Positions 13,310 through 26,342 of a stretch of 64,000 nucleotides of DNA are shown here, one piece after another. The stretch is taken from contig CM120640.1 of assembly GCA_051362555.1 (NCBI GenBank), positions 6,324,001 through 6,388,000 on the forward strand, in the 5' to 3' direction. The position numbers and the translations under genes were made by a program. Under the pieces are notes generated by a model. The model did no database searches. It was given only the letters and a program-made list of their open reading frames with translations, and had not been told where the DNA came from. The stretch comes from Lingula anatina. Lineage: Eukaryota; Animalia; Brachiopoda. How positions within the stretch are numbered: the first letter of the stretch is position 1; each line of letters starts with the position of its first letter.

Positions 13310-16249
13310 ATTTAATGGTGACCCAGCTCCAAATAGCCTGTTAATGTACTGTGGTAGAATCTAGGTCAGTGTTTATATGAATCGCTGCGCTTAATCACAG
13401 CTTAGGGTAAGCCTGGTTTAGATTGCTGCTGCACGGAAATATTGAACGGCTAAACTATGGTTAGAAATGGGCTGTTGGGAGGGGGGCGTACACGTCAGAG
13501 TTGTTTACGGGGAGCACCTGGCCCTATGCAAATCAAATTATCGAATATCTGATGGATTTAGAAAGAGAGAATACAGAGGTTATTGCTTGAATTGAAGGAC
13601 GTGGAATATACGGAATATAGCTAGACGTCAAAGGCCCGAAAGGTGCCGAAAAAAAAAATTATCTAATCTCATAGACCAGCTGATAGACTGACTAATCAGC
13701 ATGCAACATTCATATTTTACTCGGGTGCTAGCAAGTATAAAACTATTCTTATCGTGCATACTATGAATCTGTCAGACTAAATTCATGTTACGTACATCTC
13801 CATAGTTATAAAACATTTAAATGTCGAATGAATATTTAAAGACGTCTGAGATATTTTTATACAGTGGATTCAGTTCGCATACACTATTGATAAATTCTTT
13901 ATCAGTTTTTGTGCCCTCACCATATTCTGTCGCACATGTAACTTTGTGTTTACAAAGGAAAATACAAAAATGATAATTAAATACTATATCTAGCTTATTT
14001 ACAATAAGACTTTTTAACAGACAGGAGTTTTAGATAAATCATTCTATAAATAACATACAATTGCATTCCATTATTTGTATCTGGTAATTACACCATGTAC
14101 ACTTGGCAAGATAACACACGTAAACGCTTTCACCTGAAACAGAAAAGGCTAGATAGATAATGCATTTCAACGTGATTAGCGAGTATATAAAGGTCTAATT
14201 TAGAGTGTCTCTAATAGGTCGTTAATAAATAAACAGTACATTATAAAATGTTCCATTTACTACAAAATACGTGTACTACGTGCGGCAAACGTCTCAGCTA
14301 GGCTTGCAGTTCCAAACATTTTCTACCGAACTGCAAATTGACACATACAGTATTTCTAGTTTGTACAACTTGACGCGGGACAGAAAAATAAAACACGATC
14401 CAAGGTTTAAACTGTAAGCAATATCAGAGCGTTGAAAAGAAGTGTTTTGCTACCGACTTGGTATTTTATCCCTAAATAATTGGTCTAAAATTACCTGTTT
14501 TAGTATCCTTTTAATAAAAAAAAATGTCTTTTTTAGTTGAGAGGAAGAGATATGCACCGCGTAGGACATCATGTTCAAAATGAATAGGAGCTTTAATGCA
14601 GAAAATTCACAGGATATTGGGACTATTCATGCATGCAATTTTCAATATACGATATGGGACCTATGCGCATCTGCCGATTCGGCCTAGATAAATGGTGCCA
14701 ATATTAGGCCAATAAACAGTACCGAAATGAAACACACAAAATAAAATTTTATTTATGAAAAATTTCTTATAAAAGTAACATCGTTTACAAAGAAAAGTCT
14801 TTAATTTCATTTAAAGTGAAAACTCGCACAGAGAATCCATACCTCCGCCAAAACAACTAAATTCTCATCATCTATAATTAATTAATTAATTAATTAATTA
14901 ATCACCATCGAAATGTAGTTCATTTTAATTATAAGTAAGTCGATTTCTGACCTATTGTGAAAACGAAAACCCCGCGGAAACAAAAGGGGGGATTAATACA
15001 TATAAGTTAATTGCAATTAAATACTTGATAAACAATTGTATTTTATCGCAAGGTACCAGTGCCAGGAACGCGCTCTTTGAACGGAGAATTACTGTACCTT
15101 GCAAAGAAGTCTTTGAAAGTGCTCTAGACTAAAACTTGAATGTGGACGTTTTGGTTGCAGCTTGGGTTACAGGATCGGAAGTTTCGCATTACAAGAAGCA
15201 TCGATTAATTGTTGCTTTTGCAGCTGACTGTATTGTGCGACTTGAAATATATATATATAGAGAGAGAGAGAGACTGAGTGACTTATTCAATCACTGTATA
15301 CTTGACGCAACCATCGTTAAATAATGTACAATATTACTTACAATAACAACCATAATAGTAATTTTTTAAAATGAAAGTTTATTCAAGAGACACGGGGGTA
15401 AAGTGCATAGAAGCATTATATGCCCTCCGTGATATATAATAGTAATAATTATATTTATTTAGGATCCAATATCCATAAAATGTCCAATGCAACATGAAAA
15501 ACATACTCTAAGACAAAAATTATACATAACCAGTAGGTAATCAAAAAGAGAGGTTTAATAAATATATTTTTTAAAATGCTGAATTCTTTTGTAAAAAAAA
15601 CAACCATTTAAAAAGTATTATCATTTTCAAAGGAGAGTGCTTATCCTCCCTTAGTTAAAAGAAGAGAAGATTAAGCATTATAAGTAAATTGCAATTAATA
15701 ATTATTGTGTTACATATAATATCTAATGATTTTCAAAAAACACAAGCAAAACATGCATGAACCGTACATGTTCGAAGCTTAGGTATGGCTTACCTGGAAG
15801 AGTTCAAGTCCTTCATCAGACCTTGGATGAATATATCCCGCCAAGATTAGACTTATGACTATTTATGCCCAGTTTAAAGGTTATATACTTTAAAAAGAAA
15901 TATTTAAATCCCTATTTATATTTAAAAAGGATAACTATATAACAAAACAATGTCTTTTGTTAATCCAAACAATCTAAAATTAATGTAGAATGTTGTTTTA
16001 AAGATGATTTATTAATTATTTCTTAAAGTCCTCTGAATGTTTAATTTTCCTCAGTTATTTCAGTAATTTATATCTCCCAGTAGGGGGTGCTCTTTTCATT
16101 TTATATCAACACAAGTCTCGTTTAGTTGATCATCTGAATGAAGTTGACGAGTTGTACAATGCGCAACAAGGTGTGGAATTCATGGATAACCATAATTCTC
16201 CTGTTGCAGAAATACCTTACCGTGATGGTTCTATACTCTTGCTTCATCT

Positions 16250-17389
16250 TTAATTATGTTGCCTAGCTTCAATTGTTAAACCATTATCTTGTCCTGGTAG
16301 AGATGTTGGCATTGTTTGGACAGACTCACACGTTATTCGGTAGCTGACAACAGACGCCGAGTTTCGCACCCTGCTTGGTCGATTTTTAAACCGGACAAAA
16401 TTTGGACAACAGAATCTGAAAAGTTTTTTACAGTTTTTGTAAAGTCTACGATATCCGTCTCGTACAGCAGATAACCTCACGCCGTAGATGAAAGGATCAA
16501 GGATAGAACTTACGGCAAACAAGGTGCGAGTTAGGTAAAGATGGTTCCAGCAGGGAGGTATTGTCGGGTCACAAATGACAGACACAATCGGGTATGGAAT
16601 CCAACAAACTAGCAGTACACCAAATAGTTGGGTAGCTGTTCCAGTTAGTTTAATGTTCCTGGTCAAGAGAAGCTCGCTGTTTCCATGTTCCAACCTTTGA
16701 AGCCTGTGAGTAAGCATAAATAGTTTAATGTATGTTGGGATTATTATGACAGACGAGATACCAACGACGGAGGCCAACAATATGGCGTCCGTGTCAAGCT
16801 GGAACTCAACGTGTAACACTATATGTGTTTGACAGATGCAGGAGAGTGTCAACACCCGACTGTGCACCATCGTTTGGAAATACTTTGCGAAGCCAAGAGT
16901 GATCGAAATCGCCCAAATCATTACCGTCACCAACCACAGTGGGCATTTCGTCATGATAGTTGGATAGGTAAACGGCAGAAATACTGTGATTCCTTTATAC
17001 AAAACTATCGCCACGAGAGTGAAAACTTCAGCAAATATAGCACTCAGAAACACATAATGAGTTAAATGTTGAATACACGGCGTCACCAAACCATCTGCGT
17101 CCAAACTGACTAGTTCAAAATCTTCAAGTGCATTTAGAATTAGCGCTGCTATAAGGACAATGATATCGGCACTGCAAAGGTTCGTTAGTAGAACCAAAAA
17201 AGGATCCCTTTTTTGTAAAACATGGATCAAAGCTGCCAAAGAAACAATGTTTTCAATTATGCCAAAAGAAAGCAGACCTGATGCTATCATCGTATATCTG
17301 GGAGCATTAAAAAGGTCACTGCCGTTATGTAACCCCAGTAATGTCCAATTTGAAATATTATGCGTGGTGTCCTCATTCCACAAACACAT
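16250..17389 (-). CDS. Intronless rhodopsin-family (class A) GPCR, melanocortin/adenosine-receptor-like orphan, 379 aa
   Basis: Seven hydrophobic segments; N-terminal NxS/T sequons; TM1 GIIEN, TM2 NLCSAD, TM4 W, TM6 CWIP, TM7 DPFIY; helix 8 with Cys. The DRY position reads YKG. Confidence 0.88.
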   Translation of the reverse strand: MCLWNEDTTHNISNWTLLGLHNGSDLFNAPRYTMIASGLLSFGIIENIVSLAALIHVLQKRDPFLVLLTNLCSADIIVLIAALILNALEDFELVSLDADGLVTPCIQHLTHYVFLSAIFAEVFTLVAIVLYKGITVFLPFTYPTIMTKCPLWLVTVMIWAISITLGFAKYFQTMVHSRVLTLSCICQTHIVLHVEFQLDTDAILLASVVGISSVIIIPTYIKLFMLTHRLQRLEHGNSELLLTRNIKLTGTATQLFGVLLVCWIPYPIVSVICDPTIPPCWNHLYLTRTLFAVSSILDPFIYGVRLSAVRDGYRRLYKNCKKLFRFCCPNFVRFKNRPSRVRNSASVVSYRITCESVQTMPTSLPGQDNGLTIEARQHN

Positions 17390-18803
17390 TGTGAGGAACA
17401 GGTTGTAGTTTGTAAGTTGTAGGTTTAAACAAATCCGTTATCTACTTTATAATGAAAGTCCTGACCTTTTTCAATGATTGGAGATCCTGCCTCGCCGAAT
17501 GTTGAAAGCTGCTGTAACATCTGGCGATAAACGCACAGTTTTTTTATACATGTGGATATCCCCAAAGGACCTTAGTTTATGTACCAGATGTTAACAATTT
17601 AAAAAGCCCCCTTTTGTAATCATAAAAGTATGATCAATATCCTTTTCAGATTTTATAAACGAGTCATCTGTGATGTCAACGCTTACGCGATGTTCGGAAA
17701 CCATGTGGGGCAAACCATAGCCTTTGGCAAGACGCATCATTTGCTATAGAAATGGTTTATGGGTTGGAACGGAGTCAGAAAACAGCTAAAATAGGTTTAT
17801 AGGTTTTTTAACAGTACAATATATGCATATTAGTACTAATCGGTGACTAATTATACTGATTATCATTAAATATACGTTTCGAGAAACCCTTTTTTTAAAT
17901 TTCGGTTGATGTCAATTTTACTGTTACACGCTTTGCTTCAAATTTCATTCCTCACAATTACCAGCACTCGCGGTCATTTCACCATTAAAATACATAGTAC
18001 AGGCAGTTAAAAGGCCATTGGGTTTCTATAAATGTTCTTTAAGGAATAATATGCATGGTTTGAAACGTCCTCTGTCGCAAACTTAAATGTTATTTGCATA
18101 ATCTTAGGTGAACTTTAATTGTGCCAATTTATGTGCTGTTGCAGGAAAGCATAAATATTTTCTTGTCCTTATCCTGGGTTGTCTTTTTTACCTAAATTCT
18201 TCAAATTTTAAAATTCTGATAGCGCTTTCTAAATGAATGCATGGCCACGTGGTAGTAAGTGGGTTTTACAAAGTAACTGGGTCTAGATACTAGACTGACT
18301 AGTGTAAATTTAGATTATTAATACTTTGAATAGAGATTTTTTAAAGATTCATGTCAGGGATGTTAGTTTGTCAGATTAATTTGTAGTTTTGTGTGTGAAA
18401 TAAATTTTAACACTCAGTTTTGTGGTTGTGGTTAGCCAAACGGGAATTGAACTGATCCAAGTAGCCCCAAGCTCTCCAAGCCACGCGTATTTTTTATTTG
18501 CTGAATAGGAAAAATACATAAGAGTGCATGAGGCCGATTATTACACGAACTACAAAAGAACCTGGTAGTAGTAAAAAAAAAACTGTTTTGAAACTGGTTT
18601 GTTATGAAACTTTTTTAAAAAGCTCATTAATTTTTAGATTAGCAAAAGTGTATTTCAGCATTACGTTAGATTGCATAGTTTGTGGCAGGCGAAATATATA
18701 GGTTTGAGGTAAACATTTATAAAAAAAGGTGTTAGACAAAAATAATGAAGTGGGTTCTTCCTTTTTCTCAATACTTCCTTAGCATTCAAATATGAATGGT
18801 ATA

Positions 18804-18968
18804 CAGGGCCGGATCCAGAGATATTTTCTGACAGTCTTCCAAATTATCTTTGTAACCATCCTCCATTTTTGACCGTCTTCCGACAGAAAAAATAGATACC
18901 TGTCAATGTAAACTTGAAAATCTGGCCGTCTTCCAGAAGACCCAGAAGACGGCCTGAATCCGCCCCTG
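18804..18968. mobile_element. 165-bp non-autonomous DNA transposon with 5-bp TSD (copy 1)
   Basis: TIRs CAGGGCCGGATCCA / TGAATCCGCCCCTG; GTATA directly repeated on both flanks; related copy at 47303-47419. Confidence 0.85.
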
Positions 18969-19370
18969 GTATAGGTGACAATAATAAAATAACTTAAATT
19001 GAGAAAGTTCCAGATTATTATAACGTGCAAAGAAATCTGGTGTATTTATAAAGCGCCCATTACTCCTTCATCCAAAGTTAAAACACTTGGATCAAAAATC
19101 GATGACAAAGAGATTAAAAGCTACTAGTAGATGTAAAACGCATCACTGCAACTCCAAATTCTCAACTTCATAAACGTGTTAGGCAACACGCCATTGCTGT
19201 ATAAAAGCAGCATTTATTTATTAAAACCCCAGGGTACTTTGAAAACCACGGATCGGCACAGACAAAGGAAAACGTTAATGGTTTCTCTGTAAAAAATGTA
19301 TGCTCCGGATTTTCCAGCTAAAACTGCGCCACACACCTTTAGAAAAATTACAATAAAAGAGAATCAATTG

Positions 19371-19571
19371 GAGTACGGTGGGCTACAGGAAAATGGGTAA
19401 GTTAGCCTCTTCCTCTGGAGGGAGTTGTACAAGGACGTTATCTGTATACATTGTACCTGTTGCCATTATCACTGTGTCAGCTTAAGTGGAAAACAAATCA
19501 CCCATGACGTATTCACCTTCATCAGAACCACCTCCCAGCGGACATCCTTTCATGTTTTCCCACGAGTACTG
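19371..19571. mobile_element. Highly degenerate MITE
   Basis: GAGTACGGTGGG...CCCACGAGTACTG imperfect inverted ends with a second inner imperfect IR. Confidence 0.3.
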
Positions 19572-20120
19572 AACAAAATTAATGACAAAAAATGGGATTT
19601 TGCTGCAGTTTGAATTATTAATTGTTTTGAAGGTTTGAGGTTACTATTTACTGACACCACCATTTGAGATTTGATAAAATTTGATTTAAATCTGATTTTT
19701 TTTTATCAATGGTAACTACATGCAGATACAAAGAAAGCAGCTGCAATGAAGCACGATACATGTGCATAATGGCATTTTTATTTCTATATATAATATGTAT
19801 CATTGTATTACTTTTTAAAACCAGTTTTCCAGTGGGCATGTGTCCAGCACTTTAATAGATTTTTGCAAGATATCAGCATAAAATTCCTCCAAGGGGGAAT
19901 ACATACAGTACAATCAAAGCTTAAATCTACTCCAACAAAATATTAGATTGTTTCATGGGTTTGATGTTCAACATGAATCTCACTCACACCTGAAGCAGGC
20001 CAGCCAATTTAATAAAGACTTGTTTTAAAGTATGAGCCTTATGCCTGTAGTGTAAGTAACTGAATAGGACGCTGAACTTTCAGTTTGAAACCAAGTTCTT
20101 GGACGATTTAGTATTTGTGT

Positions 20121-23100
20121 CTATGTCACCACAGAGATCCTGTTTGATGCCATCAGTTTATTTGCACCTTTACTATTGTACATGCCCTGTGAGGTCAACT
20201 TGGCGGTCCTTTCCTTCGTCTTCTCCAGCTCTTCCCAGCGCTTCTCCTCTGAAGCTCTCTGTAAATAGAAAGATTTGTCAATTTTGAACTTCAAATTTTT
20301 AATTTTTTTAAAATCAGAATATTTGGTTTACCTTTCAAGATCCCGAATGCTAAATTAGAATATTGAACAAACAGTTAAAGGACTAGATGTTTTACCACTT
20401 CATGAAATACCTAGGATGCAGCCTAATTGTTTTGTTTTTACCTTTGCGTTGATAAAACTCCTAGCCCTCTGTGTTTGCTTCCTGGAGTCTAGTCTTTCTT
20501 TGCCCTGTTCTTCTAATCTTGCAGCTTTCCTCTCTGCTAGCTTCTTCTCCAACTCAAGCACTTTGTCATCCCTCACTTCAGGTTTTGTCTGTCGTGTCTT
20601 TTTCTTTAGCTCTAGCCTAAGAAGAATTATAATTTATAAATGGATACAACATTATACAATATTCCATTTATCATTTTGATAATTGCTCGATGTAATCCCA
20701 TAAAACTTAAATAGAAGCAGAAAACAGAAGATAAAGAAATTCTTTTTACATTAGGTACTTTATTAACACTTCACCAAAATGTCAACACCGGCTGCTGAAA
20801 ACTAAATGTTTCATAAAATATTTAAAGAAGCAGCATGTACCAATTACATTCTGGATAAATCCCCATGACAGTAATAATAATTATTCTCAAAAAGTTCACT
20901 TCTCTTTGAATAAAAAGGTGGAGCAGGTGTGCATGAAATGCACCAATGAGACAAATTAACAGTTTTAATGCATAAAACGATGTCTTATAATGGCAAAGAG
21001 ATGCCACAGAATCAGAAGGTCTGTATACAAGTATCCCATGTGGAATAGTTATTGGCTGACAATATGTTGTCTGACTACTTGGTAACTGGTTTTACTATTC
21101 AGGGTGCACTCAAGTGCCAGGGATATTAATGCTGTGGGAATAAAAGAGTTTGATTAATTTTTTTTAGCTCTTTAGGCTATTGAGCCTTTCATAAATTTCA
21201 TTACAATAACTCATGCACATGCAGGGTTGGGTTATTTGTATCTGGTGCTGGACTCTGATGCAACCCTAATGAAAGGAAATACTAATAACAAAAACAAGTG
21301 TTAAGTAAGGAACCTTATGCTTTAGTAAAAAAACTATTTTTGTTATCAGTGCATTCTATGTTGTTGGACCCTGCTTCATTCAATTAATCTGGGACTACTT
21401 AATATTGTGTAAAAATTGGTGTGCTCTCCAGTTGTTCTAGTATTTAAAAGGGATGAGCTAACATTCTAGCTGGTGCAAAAGATAAAACCCTCAATTTATA
21501 CATATTATGAGGGCATATCTTCATATTCATGTCCTTGAACCATTTCATAGCATTTTGAAGAAGTAAAAATAGTTTTAGAAAAAAAAAATTTTTTTCTTAG
21601 TATGTTTTTTTTATTCTTGGTGCTTATTCATTTTCTCATTCCAACATTTTTTAAACTGGAAAAACAATGTTTGTTGCTTCTCCATTTCAAATAATTTTCT
21701 CAACAATTTATTCATCTATTTACTTTACTGTGACCATTTTACACATTTTTAAGACACCCATTCAAAAAAACACTTACCAATCATTTAACAATTTTCCAAT
21801 GGACAACTCAGCATTCTGGGATCTGTTCACAAAAAGTCTAATTTTTAGGCTGATCTAAAACTTCTAGACATGATTAGTCAACAAGGTAAATTTTGCAAGA
21901 CTGGAAACCAGGAGCATTTTATGAATGACTAGACCGCAATCAGTGTAGCTGACACACACATGTACTTTAATGTGCTACTGTACCACAGGGACTTATTAAA
22001 TCTTTTGTCATGCTAACTGCAATTTGCTCTGGGGGCTTAATTAAGAGACTGAAAAAGGAGGAAAATGGGCCTTTTTTTATTTGGGGGGGGGGGGGGAAAT
22101 GCAACTTTGGTGGCAAGACTTCTAAGCAGCCTTTGCTATGATGAATATTTGAGTTCAGTTACTTACATTTAGTGAAACAGGCACCTGTTCCTTTTTCTTT
22201 ATGTTGTTGTTATTGAATTTGATTTGCTTTAATTGAACAAAAAGATTTTGAAAATCTGTGTTTTCTTTTCCATCACATATCTGCACATATGTGCTTTGGT
22301 TCTTATTTGTGGTAAAGACAAATGCAAACAGTGTCATCATAAAACTTTGTGCATTAAGAGAATACTGAACAGCTACAAAGTAAAACTTTTTCCTTCTCCT
22401 TTTACAGTCATGCTGCTATGAAATGGCCCATGTATTTATATATGTATGAACATGCATGTGAAATAAATGGCTACCCTACAATAATATTACCTCCTTGCAA
22501 TCAAAAAAAGAAATAAAGATGAATTACTATCATAAAGTGTATAGAACTTTTTCTTTATTTCAGGTTTTATAACTGATAATTACTTCACTTGAGAAATTAT
22601 ATATGATTAAACACTACTGATTAAGTTGTAGCAAAATAAGCTATATAATATGTCCATGTCTCAATAATATAATACCATAAAAATATTTATGGGAATTTTA
22701 CTTTATCTGGTTTTAATATTTAGGTTGCAAATAATAATTCCTCATTGAAACATACATGTTTTTTGATGGTTTTGAACACTATATGCGTGGGTATAAAATA
22801 TATATTTGTTTTACTCATATTGAATATCTGATTTAGAAATAAAAAAAAAATTGAAATAACATTTGCATATATGCTGTAACTTACCTGTTAGCTGCTGCCT
22901 TGGTCATTTCTGATCTGTGTTTAGAAATTGTCTCCAACGTGTTCATCAGTAGCTGATCTTTAGCCTTGAAATATTGAATGTGTAAACCATAATAATTGTA
23001 ATATTTATGATAAAAATGACAAACTAATGAAACTTTAATTAACTGAGTTTCTTATTTAAGAAAAGTTACTATTTAGAGCATGGGAACATGGGAACTAACT

Positions 23101-26100
23101 GTCCACCCCCTACCTCTTTAGATGCCAGGATTTCATCTCTCTTCTCCTCCTCTGCTTCTCTTTCTGCCATTTTCATTAAAGCTAGCCTTTCTTTGAGCTG
23201 AAATAAGACGCAATGCAAGATATTGTTTTTTCTTACTAGTGACAGGTGAAATAACTGTATAAAAAACAAATAGAATTGTGTATACTATACAACAATTTTA
23301 TAGAAATATTGCACAGTAAGATGAAAATAAAATGCTATTTAAATATCCAAAACTGTTTCAGCAACACACACTTACCTCAGCCAGAGAGAACTCACTGAGC
23401 AGCCCATAACCTGCTGTTTTAGTGAAATCCACAAACTTCACCCTGATAGCCGGGACAGCTTCCATGGCTCGAATCTGCTGTATGATCTCCATTTTTCTTC
23501 TCATCTCTGCCTCAGCCTGGAGATAGAAAAAAAATTAATTGCTGAGAAAAAAATGGAAGTTTTCACTAGACAGTACATTCACATGTAACAACATTTATAT
23601 GTATATATTCCATTCAGATTAATTTTTGTATTATTGGCTTTATTATTACTTGTAGCTTGCTGTCTTGTAAAAAAAGACTAAACAAAGTTGTTCTTGATCC
23701 AAAGCAGTTTTTTTTAACATACCTCTTCTAATGCTTGCCTCATGAGTTCCTTGCTTTCTTCATTTACATCTTGTACTGCAAAGATGATTATTTTACATAC
23801 AGTATTCACTATAGGCTTTCTCTTAATAGTGCAAATCATACTGCGTGTAATTTTGTGCAGCAAACATAAATCCACTTTAAGCGCTAGTGCACATACAACA
23901 TATAACTATAATAAGACACATAATAAGAACCTGATAGAAATCATATTCATGTTATCACGAATCATGACTTCTGCTTGCCAAATGTCAAAAATAATAACAA
24001 CCAATTTCTACCTAAAAAAGTGAACCATGTCTGCACATTAATATGTATATGCATGTAGATACTGGTAGTTGAAAATGTATTCATTAGTTTAAATAAACCC
24101 CCTTACCAATTTTTCTTTTGTAGTCTTTCAGTTTCTTTTTAGCCTCTTTGGTATTTTGATGACCTTCCATAGTCTGTTCTACCAGAACCCTGAAGAAAAG
24201 GCAAATAATAATAATAATAATAATAATGACAATGCATAGTTTATTAGTATATTCGGACCATTTTGGCAAATTTTGAAAAAGGCATTTCAAACCGTTCATA
24301 CAAATGACTCTGTAGAAATGATGAATATATTTTCATCAATTCAATTTGAAATATATAAAAACTACTTAATCTAAACAAATAGCTTAAATATATCCTAGGT
24401 TAAATGTGTTCAGTTTACCTCATTTCTTGTTCTTCTTTAAATTTCTTTTCTAAGTATTCCTGCATGATGGCCTTTGCCTGAAAATATTTATAAGAATGTT
24501 AATATCATTTCATAAGACAAAACATAATGTTAATAATCCTGTCAAAATAATTTTTCAAAAATTAATGTATTTTTGTTAAACAAAAATACCATGAATTAAA
24601 TGTAAAGTGGCTTTCAACATTTTAACAAAGAGAAAAGACAATTTTTTCATGAAGACTATGAAATTTACTACTGTTGTCTTACACATGTCCATCCTCTACT
24701 AAACATTCAAAAATAACTGTACCTCTTCTTTCATTTCTGTCACTTTTTGCTTGTTATCTTTAATAAGATTCTGACGGGCCAAAATTGCATCCTCATGGCT
24801 GAGCTTTCCCTCAAGACGTCGCTGCTCAATCTCAGCCAGCTGACGATCCATGTCTTGCTTTCTCATTTCTTGCTGCCACCTCAAAAAATCTGAAGCATCT
24901 TTGGCTCCTGCTTCCAATCGCTCTAATCTAAAATGATCAATACATCAATTTTTATGTTCTACTTGTTCTCTTAAATAGAAAACATACATGAATATCCTTT
25001 TTTTCCTTTTTTCAATTTTTTTAATTGTGATTCAATTTGTTTCTTTAATGCAAATTTTTTTTCTTTAATTCTCTGACAAGGCATTTCATCTTAAAATTAA
25101 AACAAAACTCTGGAGGGTTTAGCCTTATCCTACATGTATTTCCTAGTCCATATGAAGTCTCATACTTCGCCTTCAGTCAACATCTACACAAGCAGTACAA
25201 ACAGCTGTGCCCTCCCCCCCCCCCCCCCAAAGGAAAAAAAAAGCATTTTTTAGACCTCCAGCCATGATTTCACATTTCACCTCAAATTTTCTGAATTGCT
25301 GAATTCATATCAAACGGTAAAATGCTTACTTTCTAAGTTCTTCTTCTTCCCTTTTCTGAAACAGTTTTCCCTCTCGTAGAATACTGGCTGCATTCAGTTT
25401 AATGGGAATGTTTTCTGACTGCAAGGAAAGAACATATGAGATCAGAAGAGATCAGAACATATGATTGGATAAACATCTAATCATCATAATTAATGTCCCT
25501 ATTAATTCCTACATAAAACAAATACTGAGCCATGTGTGTAAGATGCTCTGTCAAATTATGATTGCTGAATTTTTTACATATGTACTTGAACTCAAATCAC
25601 ATTCAGTGTGTTTGAATAAACTATAGGTCCTGACCACCATCATTGCATTTTGCATTGTTTATGTGCGACAAGAAATAAACTTACTAAATTATTTCTAATC
25701 AATACTTTTGACAAGAACATTCTTATTACTTAACTTAAAGGCAGGAGGGAAATTATTCTGTGTTAAAATAAGTATGGCATATATACAGGTATGGTCTATA
25801 TAACATCACTGCACCTTCACTAAAAAGGTTTTTCAAGCAGTAATAGTATTCTTATATTTAAGAACAGGCTATAGAAATAAATTAAGACAACTAAACCCCC
25901 ATGTTTTGTCACTTCAAAGGGCAAGTATCAAAAGGCAAATCAAAATCTGTTCCATTAATTATTGTGCCAATTACATGCATCCTATGCTTGTGATCTTGTG
26001 CATCACATTCTATACTCACCACAAAATTTGGCAAAGGGTTGGCCTTGTGCTTGTCAAATTCTAACTTGCTTTCTTGCTCTGCTAGAATAGACTGGAGTCT

Positions 26101-26273
26101 GTGACGTGTCTTGTCTGACTTCTCTGGATTGGCACAGGCAAACTGATACCGAGAGGACTCCATTAGCCTTTCCTGAAAGGCAATACAAATAACTGTTTAT
26201 CCAAGTTTAGAATAGAATGGATTTCATGTTCTTTGTGTCTTTTTCAAGAGACAAAGCTGGATTTTGTCAATAT

Positions 26274-26342
<69 letters not shown>

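Noticed and set aside
13620-13655. GGCCCGAAAGGTGCCGAAA resembles hammerhead ribozyme stem II + GAAA
   Set aside because: The required CUGANGA core is absent immediately upstream and no stems I/III are evident.
15095-16230. Donor/acceptor-like sites 3' of the GPCR suggesting extra coding exons
   Set aside because: The best-defined candidate exon (~15100-15240) has stops in all three frames; at most UTR exons.
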